Assembly: GCA_040437565.1 (NCBI GenBank)
Contig: JBDOQK010000006.1
Span: forward strand, 744,001-804,608
DNA from: Albugo candida
Lineage: Eukaryota
Reading direction: 5' to 3'
Length of the DNA stretch: 60,608 nt
Within the stretch, counting starts at the first letter, position 1, and each line of letters starts with the position of its first letter. The notes beneath the pieces are model-generated. The model was not told where the DNA came from. It ran no database searches and saw only the letters and a program-made list of their open reading frames with translations. Position numbers and translations under genes: made by a program. Below, in pieces: positions 49,511 to 60,608 of the stretch.

Positions 49511-52500
49511 GATTTGAATTCGAGAAAAAGGTAGTGTATTCAAATAAATTAACCGTTTGCTAGCCTATCCTTCATGTCTAGCTGAGTTACCAATATTCCA
49601 CATACCCATCTCTAGACGAGCGGTCAAACTCAAAATCTCTCTCTTGCAACTGAGCCTTGAATTCTTACAATCCTCATCGACCACCATGCGACTGTGATCT
49701 TCCTGTTAGGGAAGCCCGAAAACCGAGCGCAATTCCATCAGTCTCGGTGCCGGTAGTGCTTTGGTTAGAAGGTCCGCCATCATCATTCGTGATTCGAAGT
49801 ACAGAGGCGCGACAATTCCTCGTACAGCGAAGTCGCGGATGAACTTTCATGGAATGTCCACGTGTTTGGCGCTCGTCATAATGTCTTCGGACTCCAGCTG
49901 CTTAATGGATGCCTGGTTGTCAATCTTCATGGTCATGGGCTCGGTCCAATCTCTAGCATCAACCCACTTAGCACCAACAGTTCACGTCAACGTGAACGCC
50001 GAAGTAAATTCAGCCTCCATGGTGGAAAAAGAAACCCCCGTCTGCTTCATGTAGATGTATTGTACTGTATAATCGCACTATTCATCGTAATCACTGCCGG
50101 TAACGGACTTCTGATCTTGCTTGTCGTTCGTGAAATCCGAGTCGCTCCAGCTCTCAAGCAACAGATCATCTGCGTCCGACTCACTCATTTGCATGTACAG
50201 CTTCAATTCATTTGTACCTTGAGTTAGCGAGAAACCTTTTTTGCTAAGTTCTAGTCTTGTAAGGTCGGCTGGGGGGTTCGTCTCGATGCCATGTGAACGG
50301 TGAAACTTATATCCGGTCACGTACAGCGCCAACACCATAACAAACTCCCAACAAGAGACTGAAAATAGCGGACAATTGGCTCACCTAGTAATTCTTCCGT
50401 CACCATATACTTCATCTCACTCGCTTCAGCTTCATTTCTATCCTCGTCTGCTGGAATTTGTACCCCGTTCGCTTCAGCCAATCCGTGCTTCTACAGGAGT
50501 TCTTCAATAGTCGCCTGCTGATCTAGCGTCTAGCCATCCCCGTCGCTTAGCTCAGCGCGCATTTCCAAAATGTCCTTACTTTACCAAGGTCCTTTATTAA
50601 GAGTGTTTTCATTGTAAGAAAAAAATCTGCCACTAGCATCTGTAACCGTACGACGATCATTCCGTTACCCTATCGATTATAGTAAAAACACATGTCCGTA
50701 GTACACCGTGTAATTTCAGCATCTTCCAGTATGCCATGTAGTATCTGGCTCCATAATTTTCCTGCCTGCTTAAGTTTGTATAGAGGCTTCTTTAAACGCA
50801 ATGCAATTTGGCTCCGCGTATCCACACCGAGCTTCCGCATATCTTCTTTGCGGATTTCGATACCTTACGGTATACCCAGGTGAATATCCAAATTCTCTTC
50901 CTTGTCTGCCTTTGCGTAGGCTTTTGGGATTCCCCCGTGCCTCGCCGGCACACACCGTTTCTACAAAGACCAGTACCACTTTTACGGTACTGAGCTTCAT
51001 AACGGCAGCAAATGTGACGCCATAGTCGACGCCGAAAAGTTGCTCGTTCCCGCAAACCACGAGTCTGTCTTTGTCACGTTCGATAACACCATCCATGTCG
51101 GTCTTCCTCTTAAAAACCCACGTCGTGTGTAGTACATGGCTATGGTGGGAGGCACCTCCACCGTCCATAAGCTATTCTCATCGGATACCGGAGGTCTTCC
51201 CTTACATTCACGTCGCACCTTTACCATATTTTCCATCACTGCGTCCACAATGATGACCCTGCCGCGCTCGGTAATACTTAGAGACCCACCATTCGCAGTA
51301 ACACATTCATTCACGTGCTCCTCCGGGTCTTCAAGTAGGCTTACGACATTCACGGAGTGTTTAATGGACCCACTTTCGAGGATCCGATTTCTCTTGTTTA
51401 CAATTGAATTCTTGACAATAAGAACGAACTCCGTTTCTTGTCTTGCAGTGCGTCCTTTTTTTTCAACCTTTATGTGTATCCTTTTCCCGAAATTGTAACA
51501 CATCTCGCGTTCGGTCGTCCGTTCTTACCAAACTCACCAATTCTCATCCTAGCTGCCTTCCTCGTGTCTCTAACTCCGTAGATTGAGCGAAATGCGCTAT
51601 TCTTCTGCCTGGCGTGGGAAGTCGATCCACGTAAGGTTCAGACGCAAAATAATAGACATTCTTATGGCTGGGTCTGCGTAGTGCACAATTTTGTCAACGA
51701 TTAAGTTGTCCGCCCCACCGCACTCTTCACTCACAGCTACCAGCTCGAGGTAGTGTTCCGTACAGCTTCTCCTGCTGTTCTTGGGTGAGTAAACATCTTC
51801 ATGGTTATAAATGATGTTATTTTGGCTGCAAACGTATGCGTCAGTCTCTGGATCGCGTGCTCCAAAGTTGGTTCCTCCTGCCACCAACCGTCAACCTGTC
51901 GATTCTGATACCTTTCACCCACTCCTGCTAAGTGATGTACAAGTATGTCGACCTCTACATCCTCGCTCCACTGAAATCCACTAGCAAGTTCGGCGAACGA
52001 GATCTGCTACAAAAACAATTTCACCTAACGACAGGGGGGCCCCCTCTACACAATCCCTGGTACAATTCTTCGCCGTCAAAAGGGCTAATTCCTAGCTTCC
52101 TTTGACGCGTGTCTGGAACCCGCTCCAACTACGCAACAAGATCCGGACCTTGGTGTTTTCGAGGTGCCGGGAGGTATGCTGGTGACTGCACGTAGTGTTG
52201 AGGCAGCTCAGGATGTAAGGCATGTGCTGTCTCGACGTTAGACGCGGCCTGTCCATATCCGCGCTTCCTAGTTCCCAAGCAGGTAGCCGGTGACCGGACA
52301 CTTGTAAAGAGGCTTTCGGGGGTCACGTTGAGTCCAACGCCTCCCTAATCATAGCCCTGCCTTGACCAATAATCGGACCGAATAAGCTTGCCTCTTATCC
52401 TTTCTGCTCCTTCTCGTACTGTCACTATTGCGATGCCATCATGCGATCCATGCGTGCGGTGAGACCTGTTACAATTTCAAGAAGTCTTTCCAACGGGTTA

Positions 52501-52565
52501 AACCGTTGGGCTCATAACCTTTTGGCTGGATAGGATTGAATCCGAGAGAAAAAGTAGTGTTATAA
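49511..52565 (-). mobile_element. Ty1/Copia element B, internally deleted (integrase missing); ends approximate
   Basis: PBS GGTTATGAGCCC at 52508-52519; gag; protease ILESGSIKH joined directly to RT TTWVFKRKTD..RLVVCGNEQ; RNase H WSDSDF..TSAKHVDI..LTKALP. Confidence 0.8.
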
Positions 52566-52789
52566 GAATAGGGAGCCTTCAAAATCCCCTCAGTGCTTTT
52601 TGTAAAATCCTTTCAGTTTGATATGATTGGCTAATTGCATGTGGGAAGCGTTAAAATACCCTGTGCGTTTGCTAAAATTTTCTTACTTTGATATGATTCT
52701 ACATGATTGGCTAGTTTTCGAGCATGATAATTAAACCATACCGACTGCAAAAGAGACCATGATTCTTTCCACCTTCAAACTGGCTGGTA

Positions 52790-55700
52790 TCTATCTCTTC
52801 GTGAACCATTTTCCTACGTCCATGGTTTTTTCCCACGCACTTTTTTGCGTACTGCGAATCGCTTCGCCGTAGTTTTCTAGGTCAGACTGATGAACGGTAT
52901 TCACAAGTTCCACTAGCTTTTCTTCTACAGACCCCTCGTGAGAAGTCGATCCTTTTTTCCCATGTGCTGAGCGTGCCACCGGCCTTTCCCGATTCCAATT
53001 AGATTTCTCTTTATTCGGTCTTGCTCGCGCCACGGCTACTCTAGCATTTTTGCTATCTTGTACAAATCCTTGTTAAATTTTTTCATTCTCTCCAGCATTC
53101 AAACTTTCGATGTTCTTGACGTGTTGTGTGGTTACAGCAATTCGGTCCTTCTGTAGATACGTGATATCCCTTTGTGGATTCACCAATACCAATGATAAAT
53201 CCGCCTTGACCCCTCTCTGCAAAGTATTTCTTTTTTGGATATCGAAAGACCGTACACGGAGAGCCAAAACTCACAATCTCACCAATAGTGGGTGCTTTCT
53301 TCGTCAGCAATTGTGGCGGAGAAACTTTGTCAGCGGTAGCGTTTGTGGGTGAGGGGTTAAGCACGGAAGCCGCATATTGAACCGCATCACCTCAGAAGGT
53401 CAACGGCAATCCCCCGGAGAATATCATGCATCTGGACATGTTCTCAATCGTTCGATGTATTCTTTCAGCCTAACCATTACTCGCTTGATTTCTCGACTCG
53501 ATTCGTTGTCGGGCCACACACCTTGGTTCTTGCAGAGTAAGTCACTATTTTCATACTCTCCACTCGAATCGGTGTGTAGGATGTGAATCCTGCAATCGAA
53601 NNNNNNNNNNNNNNNNNNNNNNNNNNNNNNNNNNNNNNNNNNNNNNNNNNNNNNNNNNNNNNNNNNNNNNNNNNNNNNNNNNNNNNNNNNNNNNNNNNNN
53701 AGCAATTGTGGCGGAGAAACTTTGTCAGCGGTAGCGTTTGTGGGTGAGGGGTTAAGCACGGAAGCCGCATATTGAACCGCATCACCTCAGAAGGTCAACG
53801 GCAATCCCCCGGAGAATATCATGCATCTGGACATGTTCTCAATCGTTCGATGTATTCTTTCAGCCTAACCATTACTCGCTTGATTTCTCGACTCGATTCG
53901 TTGTCGGGCCACACACCTTGGTTCTTGCAGAGTAAGTCACTATTTTCATACTCTCCACTCGAATCGGTGTGTAGGATGTGAATCCTGCAATCGAATCGTT
54001 TTTCGAAATACATTAGGAAATTTTCGAATTGTTTTGCTGCCATATCCTTCGTGTTGGCGAGGAAAACTTTCACATAATTACTTTTGTAATCAGCAAAACT
54101 TCACCATGTATCGGTTTCCAAGCCGATCTCTGGGAGTCATTGGTCCCTTTAAGTCGGAGCACACAACCCCACCAATCCGATCGATCGGCGAGTGCTCAGC
54201 TGAGTCTTTTTTCGATTGGCGGTTCCTTGGATGCTTCTTTTGGGCACCTATGATGCAATTTGGGAGTCTGCGATCCGTTACTCCAATTCCCCCGATGCAG
54301 GATCCTTTGCCAGTCTCTCAATGGCGTCTTAATTTGCATGTCCGGGTCTTCGATGAAAATCAATGAGTGAACCCTTTTGGATGTTGTCCGAATGTATTTC
54401 TCCACTCTCTTCGTGTTAGTGATAGGTGCCACGACGACATTTCGTGATGTGGAGCAATTCTTCCGAATGTTTGCACGAACTATGAGTACATTTCTCGTCA
54501 ACTCACATCGAAAATAATCTTCTTCTTATCACTGCTCGCCAGTACGCGCTGGGTACCACGCCTCATAAGTGTGTATCACTTCATGTCCAGAACTCCATAC
54601 GAAAAAAGGTTATGTTTTAGCCCTTTGGCGTAATATACATCGGTGACCGTCACAATGCGTCGATGTCCCATAGCTGTTAGATTTTAGCCTGGCACTTCCC
54701 CTATTGGTAATAGTTGATGGTTTCCATCCGGCTGCACACACGTTCCAACAGCATCTTCACATCACCAAGCCAATTTTTATTGCTGATAGGATGCCTACTA
54801 CTCCCGCTATCCAGAATCCAAATGTCGCCATGTTCATCCTGAAGGTCCGCCATACCCAACGTGAAATCTGAGTCCTTGTTTTGATGAGATTCTTTGTTGC
54901 GACAATTTGCCATGACGTGACCCGATTTACCACATAGAAAACATCGCCTGTGTTTCTTGAAACGTCGACCTTGCATTTGCTCAGCATGCTCCTTTCCGGG
55001 ACGCTTGTTTCTCCTCCCTGGCTCCCACTCTTGCCCATTTCGACAATCATGAACGTGTCCATCAATCTCCTTTCCAATGCTCTTGTTTGGCATCCATGAC
55101 TCCCAAGATTGCGCGAAATGTGCTAGTTCTTCTGCCTTCTGTCAGTAATCTGTCCTTTGAGGATCGATTTTCGCCATCGTAGCAATTTTCATGTCTTCTG
55201 ATGCGTACTCAGCAATGTTGTTTAGTACCAAAAAGTCAGAACCTTCACTGGAAGCTCCTGCTACAGCATTCAGATACATAAGGTGCTCCATCTACGATCG
55301 TTTCGAATCCTTTGGGCTCGTGAAAAGGTTTATTGCTCGTGATGGCGTAATATTTACCTCAAACGCCTGAAGCATGCTCTTAATAGCATACTGGAGCGTG
55401 GCATTCTGATTCCACCAGACGTCGATTTGCTTATTGAAGTACCTTTTAGCCATACCATCTAAATATTGGCCTAATAAGTCCACCTTCACATCTTCAGGCC
55501 AATAAAAGCCACAAGCAAACTGTGGTAGAACTATTTGCCTTTCTAAGCTTTTTTCCCACTCCAGGAACCGGATCCCAAACCCTGGTATAATTTTTTCCCG
55601 CGAATCTTCAGCTCTTTCTGTCTTGCATCTGGGTAGGCGAGAACTCCTCTTGCTCCCTGGTTCCCTTCGATTTGTCCCACGGGAGAAGCCGAACCCGGTC

Positions 55701-56376
55701 CAGGATGATGATATGGCTGCGCATGTCTATTCTGTTCCTGTAGTCGTGCTTAGAGAAGTACCAATGTTGCACAGCATTTGGGGGTTTTCTCCTGTTTGCC
55801 TCTCTTTTCGGCGTTCCAGTCAGCGAGTCAAGATGCATACGCTGGCCTCTTCCCAAGGAAGATTCAAACAAGCTTGGGCTTATTTCGGTGCTTATCGGAT
55901 GATCTTCGGAAACTCTTCTACTCCTCGCACCTTCCGCAACTTTCTTGCGAAGCTCCGTCTGTGAGCTTTCCAGCCGATCCAGCCGATCAACCAGTCCTCT
56001 AACAAGGTTCAACAACTCATTGTTCCCACCTTGGCCACTTCCTTTTATCTAACATCTCTCTGAGAATTCTTTCCTCTCACCGGCCATTTACCAGCCAGGT
56101 GCGTCCACGGTTGGAAACGTAATATTCGCTTCGTCTGTGTATTCACATGCGAAGTCCCCCATTGGGCTCATAACCTGTTGAATATCCAGCAACGCTGTGA
56201 CAGACTTAAGGGAGCGCGAACGACGACCACAGAAGTCGAAGCAAAAAGGTAAATTGTATTAGTTTTTCTCTTGAAAAACCTACCGCTACACATGGGTATA
56301 AAATGCTGTGTAGTCCACGCATCATTATGCAAAATAAAGCTACGCGGTTAACCTTCATCGAACCGAGCTTTCAATA
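52790..56376 (-). mobile_element. Ty1/Copia element C, 3'-truncated (5' LTR, gag, protease, integrase)
   Basis: LTR 56176-~56376 (TGTTGAA...TTCAATA); PBS at 56164-56175; CFLCGKSGHVMANC; WILDSGSSRH; integrase ILHTDSSGEY and FGSPCTV; ends at the start of RT. Confidence 0.85.
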
Positions 56377-56899
56377 AAACCAATATGATTAATCGATAGG
56401 ATGCCTATATCACTGCGTCTACCTAAGATACATAATAGAATTTCGTATTTGATTTTTTCTTGCACTTCTTCGAGTCCGAGCGGTTCCCTGCTTCACCACG
56501 AGATCTACATAAAAGTTTTTTAAGGTTTCCCTTGGTTTCCTAATATTCAAACTAAGATAAATTGCGTCGCGTCGATCCATTTTGTTGGCGCGGCAATTCT
56601 TTTGGGCGCGCAATTACTGGCTCTTGCGAAGGTTTTGGAATTTGTTGCGAAAGGGTCTGAACCTCGTCGATTGTCGTAGCCTGCTGAAGGTCTGGCAAGA
56701 CCCCAAAGCAGGGGGTCAATTAATCAAGTAAGATCGGGGGACTTTTGGCTGGACGCAATGGAAGAGGACTTAGTTGGTGGGGCTTATCCAAGTGCCAATG
56801 CGGATGGATGTCGCTCATCCGCAAGCTCTGTTTTTAGTGCAGGTATTGACGCATTTTTTGCTTACAGGGAAGACCTCAGACTGTGAAATATACTCCAGA

Positions 56900-57960
56900 G
56901 CATACGCCTTCGTCGTTTCTTTGGGGCTGGAGGGCAACTTTTAACTGCTCGTGGTTTTTATTCAGTGCAAAATGAGAAAATTTCAAGTTGATATCCCGCA
57001 ACATCATTCCTTGAGGCGTTGGCTGTGTATTGTTACATATTCTCGTTTGTTGACGCTGTCGGGACACATCGTGCTCTGCAAGATTATTATCGATACATAT
57101 GTTATTTTTCGCAACACAAAAGAAGGTTATTCATGCTAGTTGGTATGTATTGCTTGAGCATGTGGTGAGCACTTTTAACGCGCGAGATTGCAGTATGACC
57201 GAAATGCGTTATACGGCCAGTAACAAACTTTTCTAGAGGTAATTCATGTTTTAACAATGTATTTGATTATTGCACTGTCTGCCCGCCATTCGAAACGTTC
57301 CCATACTTCATCGAAGGAGCCTTTTTTTTTTGCATACATGACTGCCCTCCATTCCTTCATGAAGGCTGTCTATTCATTTTCTTTTGGTAAACATGCTTTG
57401 CATGTCTTCACTATGTGTTTTCAATATGCCATACACATAACAGAATTTGTGAAGCAAGGAAGTGTTCTTGAATTCCTGAAGTTAGCGCCAGCTTGCGAGC
57501 AACGACAAAAACATTCGGTAGAAATTCGTCCCGAAAGATCGATCAAAAGAAGTTTATTGCTAAAGAGTATGAGAATTGACTCTTGCTCGTAATGATAACA
57601 TATTTGACGGCATTGTTTTTTCTACATTGACGAGTACCCAAAAAGATGCAACAAACGAAGCTTCAGAGCATCTGTCCTGTATATGGCATCCACCAGAAAA
57701 ATGCCATTGTGACTCCGAGCCATCTCTGTAGATCTTGGATGGGCAAAGAGCAAGTGGGAAATTTTGCCGTTATCATTGCTCACTATAATTTCAACATCAA
57801 ATGGCAATCTGCGAAATTGCTGTACAGTACGCTACCAAAAAGATTGTCGTTTTTTCAATCCATATTTTTTAGATCCAACCAAAGTCACTTCAACCACATT
57901 TACACAACCATCTTCAGCTCAATGCCTCTTAAACTTTCAATAGTTGTTCTAATGCATATG
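56900..57960 (-). pseudogene. MULE/Mutator-like transposase remnant (boundaries approximate)
   Basis: LLFAHP..GIFLVDAIYRTDALKLRLLHLFG matches the MULE DxTYxTN motif; downstream CVWHIEKH CxxH motif. Confidence 0.7.
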
Positions 57961-58049
57961 AAGAAGTGATTTCCCAAAAAAATTGATATAGATTGAATTT
58001 TAGACATTTTAATAATATTGGAGTACGAAACATGCTACCAACGAGTTGA

Positions 58050-59000
58050 TTCACCATTTGAAGTAAGAACTGCCTGAGTTCTGCCTTGGAGGGTGTCGAT
58101 TAAACTTTGCAACCAATCTTCATCTATCTTTGAACAAACATCTTGAATTTGATGCCACAATTCTTCTTCATTTTATGCCATGAGAAGTTCTAGATCTGAT
58201 CTTTGAATCTCGCCCACACATATTCGATTGTGTTCAGGGGGTTCAGGTCTGGGAATTTGGTGGCCAATTCAACTTTGCAATGCCTCTTTCATCCCTCCAT
58301 TTCTTAGGGGCATTGCTTCGATTGATTGAAGCGCCATCTTCCAATAATACTGAATCATTGAGCTCAGCCCAAAATCTGCCCAATACAATATCATAGACTT
58401 TCACGACCCATGCGAGCCAATCGACTCTTCTAATTTCCTTGAAAGGCACCCCAGACCATCACGGAGTAACGCCCTGATCTGAAATAGGGCGCTAGACAGT
58501 CCAAATTGTACCTCTCATAGGCTGTTTTCTATACAAGCGGCTTGAGGAAATTATTCCGATTTCAAAGCTGGCTTCATCTGTCCAGTAGACGGAATTCAGA
58601 ACTGTATAGTTGCATTTTTGTGTTTCCGTGCAAAGTCCAATCGACATGCAATATGCTTTGCACTTAAAAATGGCTTCTTGAGTGCTACGCGAGAAAATTA
58701 TCTAGTTTCATGAAGTCGCCTTCTTGCTGTTGACGGGCTGACTTGGAGAGTCATTTTGTTGGTGATGTCTTGAAGTGTTGCCCGCCGATCTTCCTTGATT
58801 TGTGGACCAAGTGCTCAACATCCCTTTCATCAAGTTTTTTTGGTCGTCCAGGGCTTTTCTTGGGAATAACACTGGATTCATTGCGGCTGTGCTTCACAGT
58901 GTTCGAAATGCAAGTGCAACTCGGATCCTCGTCCTAGTAGCTCACCGTATTGTGGCGCACACCAATTCGCACAACCCGGTATCTTGGACCATTTTACAGC
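58050..59000 (-). pseudogene. Tc1/mariner transposase remnant
   Basis: GRPKKLDERD (GRP motif), VYWTDEASF, LEDGASI, WPPNS..LNTIE.VW, all with stops or frameshifts. Confidence 0.8.
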
Positions 59001-59096
59001 TCACGGTACGTTAGGACCGTTACACTACTCACGGTACTTTTGGCCCATTTTTTTCACAACTTCTTACAACTTTCAACATTTATCCGTTACACTATG

Positions 59097-59275
59097 GATA
59101 CACACTCGTACGGTAGTGGTGGACGCTACTGCAATGCAGGACTAGCAACTAGGGTCATGATATCATCTCACGCAGGTTTTTTGCGAAACGTTTTTATATG
59201 TTTATATAGTATTTAAGATAGCCTAGGCAACTAGAGAAGTCAGTTAGTCTAATTCTAGTAATAGAGACACATTCA
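59097..59275 (+). mobile_element. 3' tail fragment of a LINE related to the 42782-46481 element
   Basis: 59219-59275 aligns at roughly 80% with 46424-46481 (TAG.CTAGGCA..TAGA.AAGTCA...TAATTCTAGTAATA.AGACA..TTCA); 5' boundary uncertain. Confidence 0.65.
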
Positions 59276-59519
59276 ACTATGCTTCACTTGCGCTGTACTT
59301 GACTTTGACTGATTTCGAAATGAGCTGCAATCAAGGAAGTTTCTGACCAGCCAATTTCATTCCGACCAGACGGCTTCTATCCTCAATAGAGAAGTTTTAC
59401 GCTTCCAGAGTTTGAGTAGCCATAGTTCTATTTTTGGGAAGTGAGACAAGTATATAGGAAGGGAGCGCGTCGTCAATTAAATTTCAGATATAAAAAACGA
59501 CTATTTTTTGTTAGGGTAC

Positions 59520-60050
59520 TGTACAAGGGCATCCATTGGTGTACGGTCATCTAAAGTTTGAAGAATTGCTGCTTCGCGGACGTTGTTGGCTCTTTTAGGC
59601 AAAACAAGTCCACGATCATTCCGCAAACATGCTTGAATGCTTCTCATACAATCCAACTATTTTCCATTTCTGTTTCGAGTCTGAGGTGGACTGGATGGGC
59701 GCTTGTGAAGGTGGATGGCATATGGTTATAATCTTCTTCAACCACCCGGAAAGTCCAATGCAGTCCATCCTGTATGGGCTTTCAAGCGGAATGGACAACG
59801 GGCAAGTACTGTCGAGGAATTTCGTGTTCTTGTCTCTTTTGTTGGACCAAACCGATTGCAGTAAGACCCTTATTGGTCACATTTGTAATGGACCCTATAT
59901 TGCCAGCTACGCTGCTTGTAGGATGATTTTGTCAGTATCCCATAGCCTTGGGTAGCAACCAAATTCATTCAATGCCTTTTCCATCGCTTTGCGAGAACTA
60001 TATTCGACTCCAACAAGTCCGCTTGGTAGCAGCAGCAATTTGCTCTAAAC
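59520..60050 (-). pseudogene. Probable MULE N-terminal (FAR1/WRKY-GCM1-like) remnant
   Basis: WTFRVVEEDYNHMPPTFTSAHPVH resembles the W..HNH.P...AHP segment of MULE transposases; same strand as 56900-57960. Confidence 0.45.
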
Positions 60051-60608
60051 ATTGACATCAGATTCTTTGGTGTTTTTTGAGTCCATTTTTGCTTAAAAGC
60101 TTGTATTATTGCGCAGCTCGTTGATTGTTGNNNNNNNNNNNNNNNNNNNNNNNNNNNNNNNNNNNNNNNNNNNNNNNNNNNNNNNNNNNNNNNNNNNNNN
60201 NNNNNNNNNNNNNNNNNNNNNNNNNNNNNNGATTCGTAGCATCACTCACTTTTGTAATCTTTTGTAAGTCATCATCTGAAACTTCCCTGAATGTACTCCG
60301 AGAATCTTTCCAGGATTATTCCCTCTGCATGGAGTCATGGAGTTTTACGCAACAATCATCGCGGACACACAATCAATAACAATGCTACGTGGGTGTTCCC
60401 ATTGTAGGCCCTACAATAAACGGAGTGAATGTTAGCTTTGTGAAATCGGATGCACCGCCATCATATCCGGAACGAATCTACTATCGTATGGTGGGATGTA
60501 ATAGCGCGAGAGTATTCCGAACCCACTATTTCCCACAAATTGACGGCTGCTCACGGTCATAGAATACAGCGTATCAGTGCAACTTACTGAAAGAAGCGTA
60601 TCCTCTGG

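Noticed and set aside
49511-52565. 49511-49635 and 52520 onward as a matched LTR pair with TSD
   Set aside because: Only ~27 bp are similar and no TSD was found, so copia B boundaries remain approximate.
52565-52790. DNA-transposon terminus (AGGGAGCCTTCAAAAT with repeated GATTGGCTA boxes)
   Set aside because: No partner inverted repeat or transposase was found in the window.

Overview
Eukaryotic DNA from a draft assembly with repeated 100-N scaffold gaps. It is very likely an oomycete and plausibly an Albugo-like biotroph; this is an inference from short GT-AG introns, a CxxxGC..CxxHGGG zinc-finger protein, a flagellar CFAP300 gene and oomycete-style copia elements with a GGTTATGAGCCC PBS. 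A gene-dense core (~14.4-36.9 kb) encodes a METTL16-like methyltransferase, a WRKY19-like zinc-finger protein, an atypical kinase, a Duo1-like DASH subunit, RPB9, exportin-7, CFAP300 and a single-unit SemiSWEET-like transporter. Two blocks of decayed, nested transposons flank it. The left block holds a Gypsy chromovirus and an inverted pair of RTE LINEs, one split by a copia that is itself split by an insert. The right block holds three copia elements plus MULE and Tc1 remnants. The most notable structure is at 42.24-46.52 kb. There a tRNA-derived SINE has inserted into a copia with a 17-bp TSD, and its Pol III A-box has been hit twice at the same nucleotide, by a Tx1/L1-like LINE and by a ~265-bp non-autonomous element, each flanked by the same ~20-bp duplication. 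A related LINE tail at 59.2 kb sits on a similar target octamer. Several tandem duplications flanking N gaps are probably assembly artefacts.
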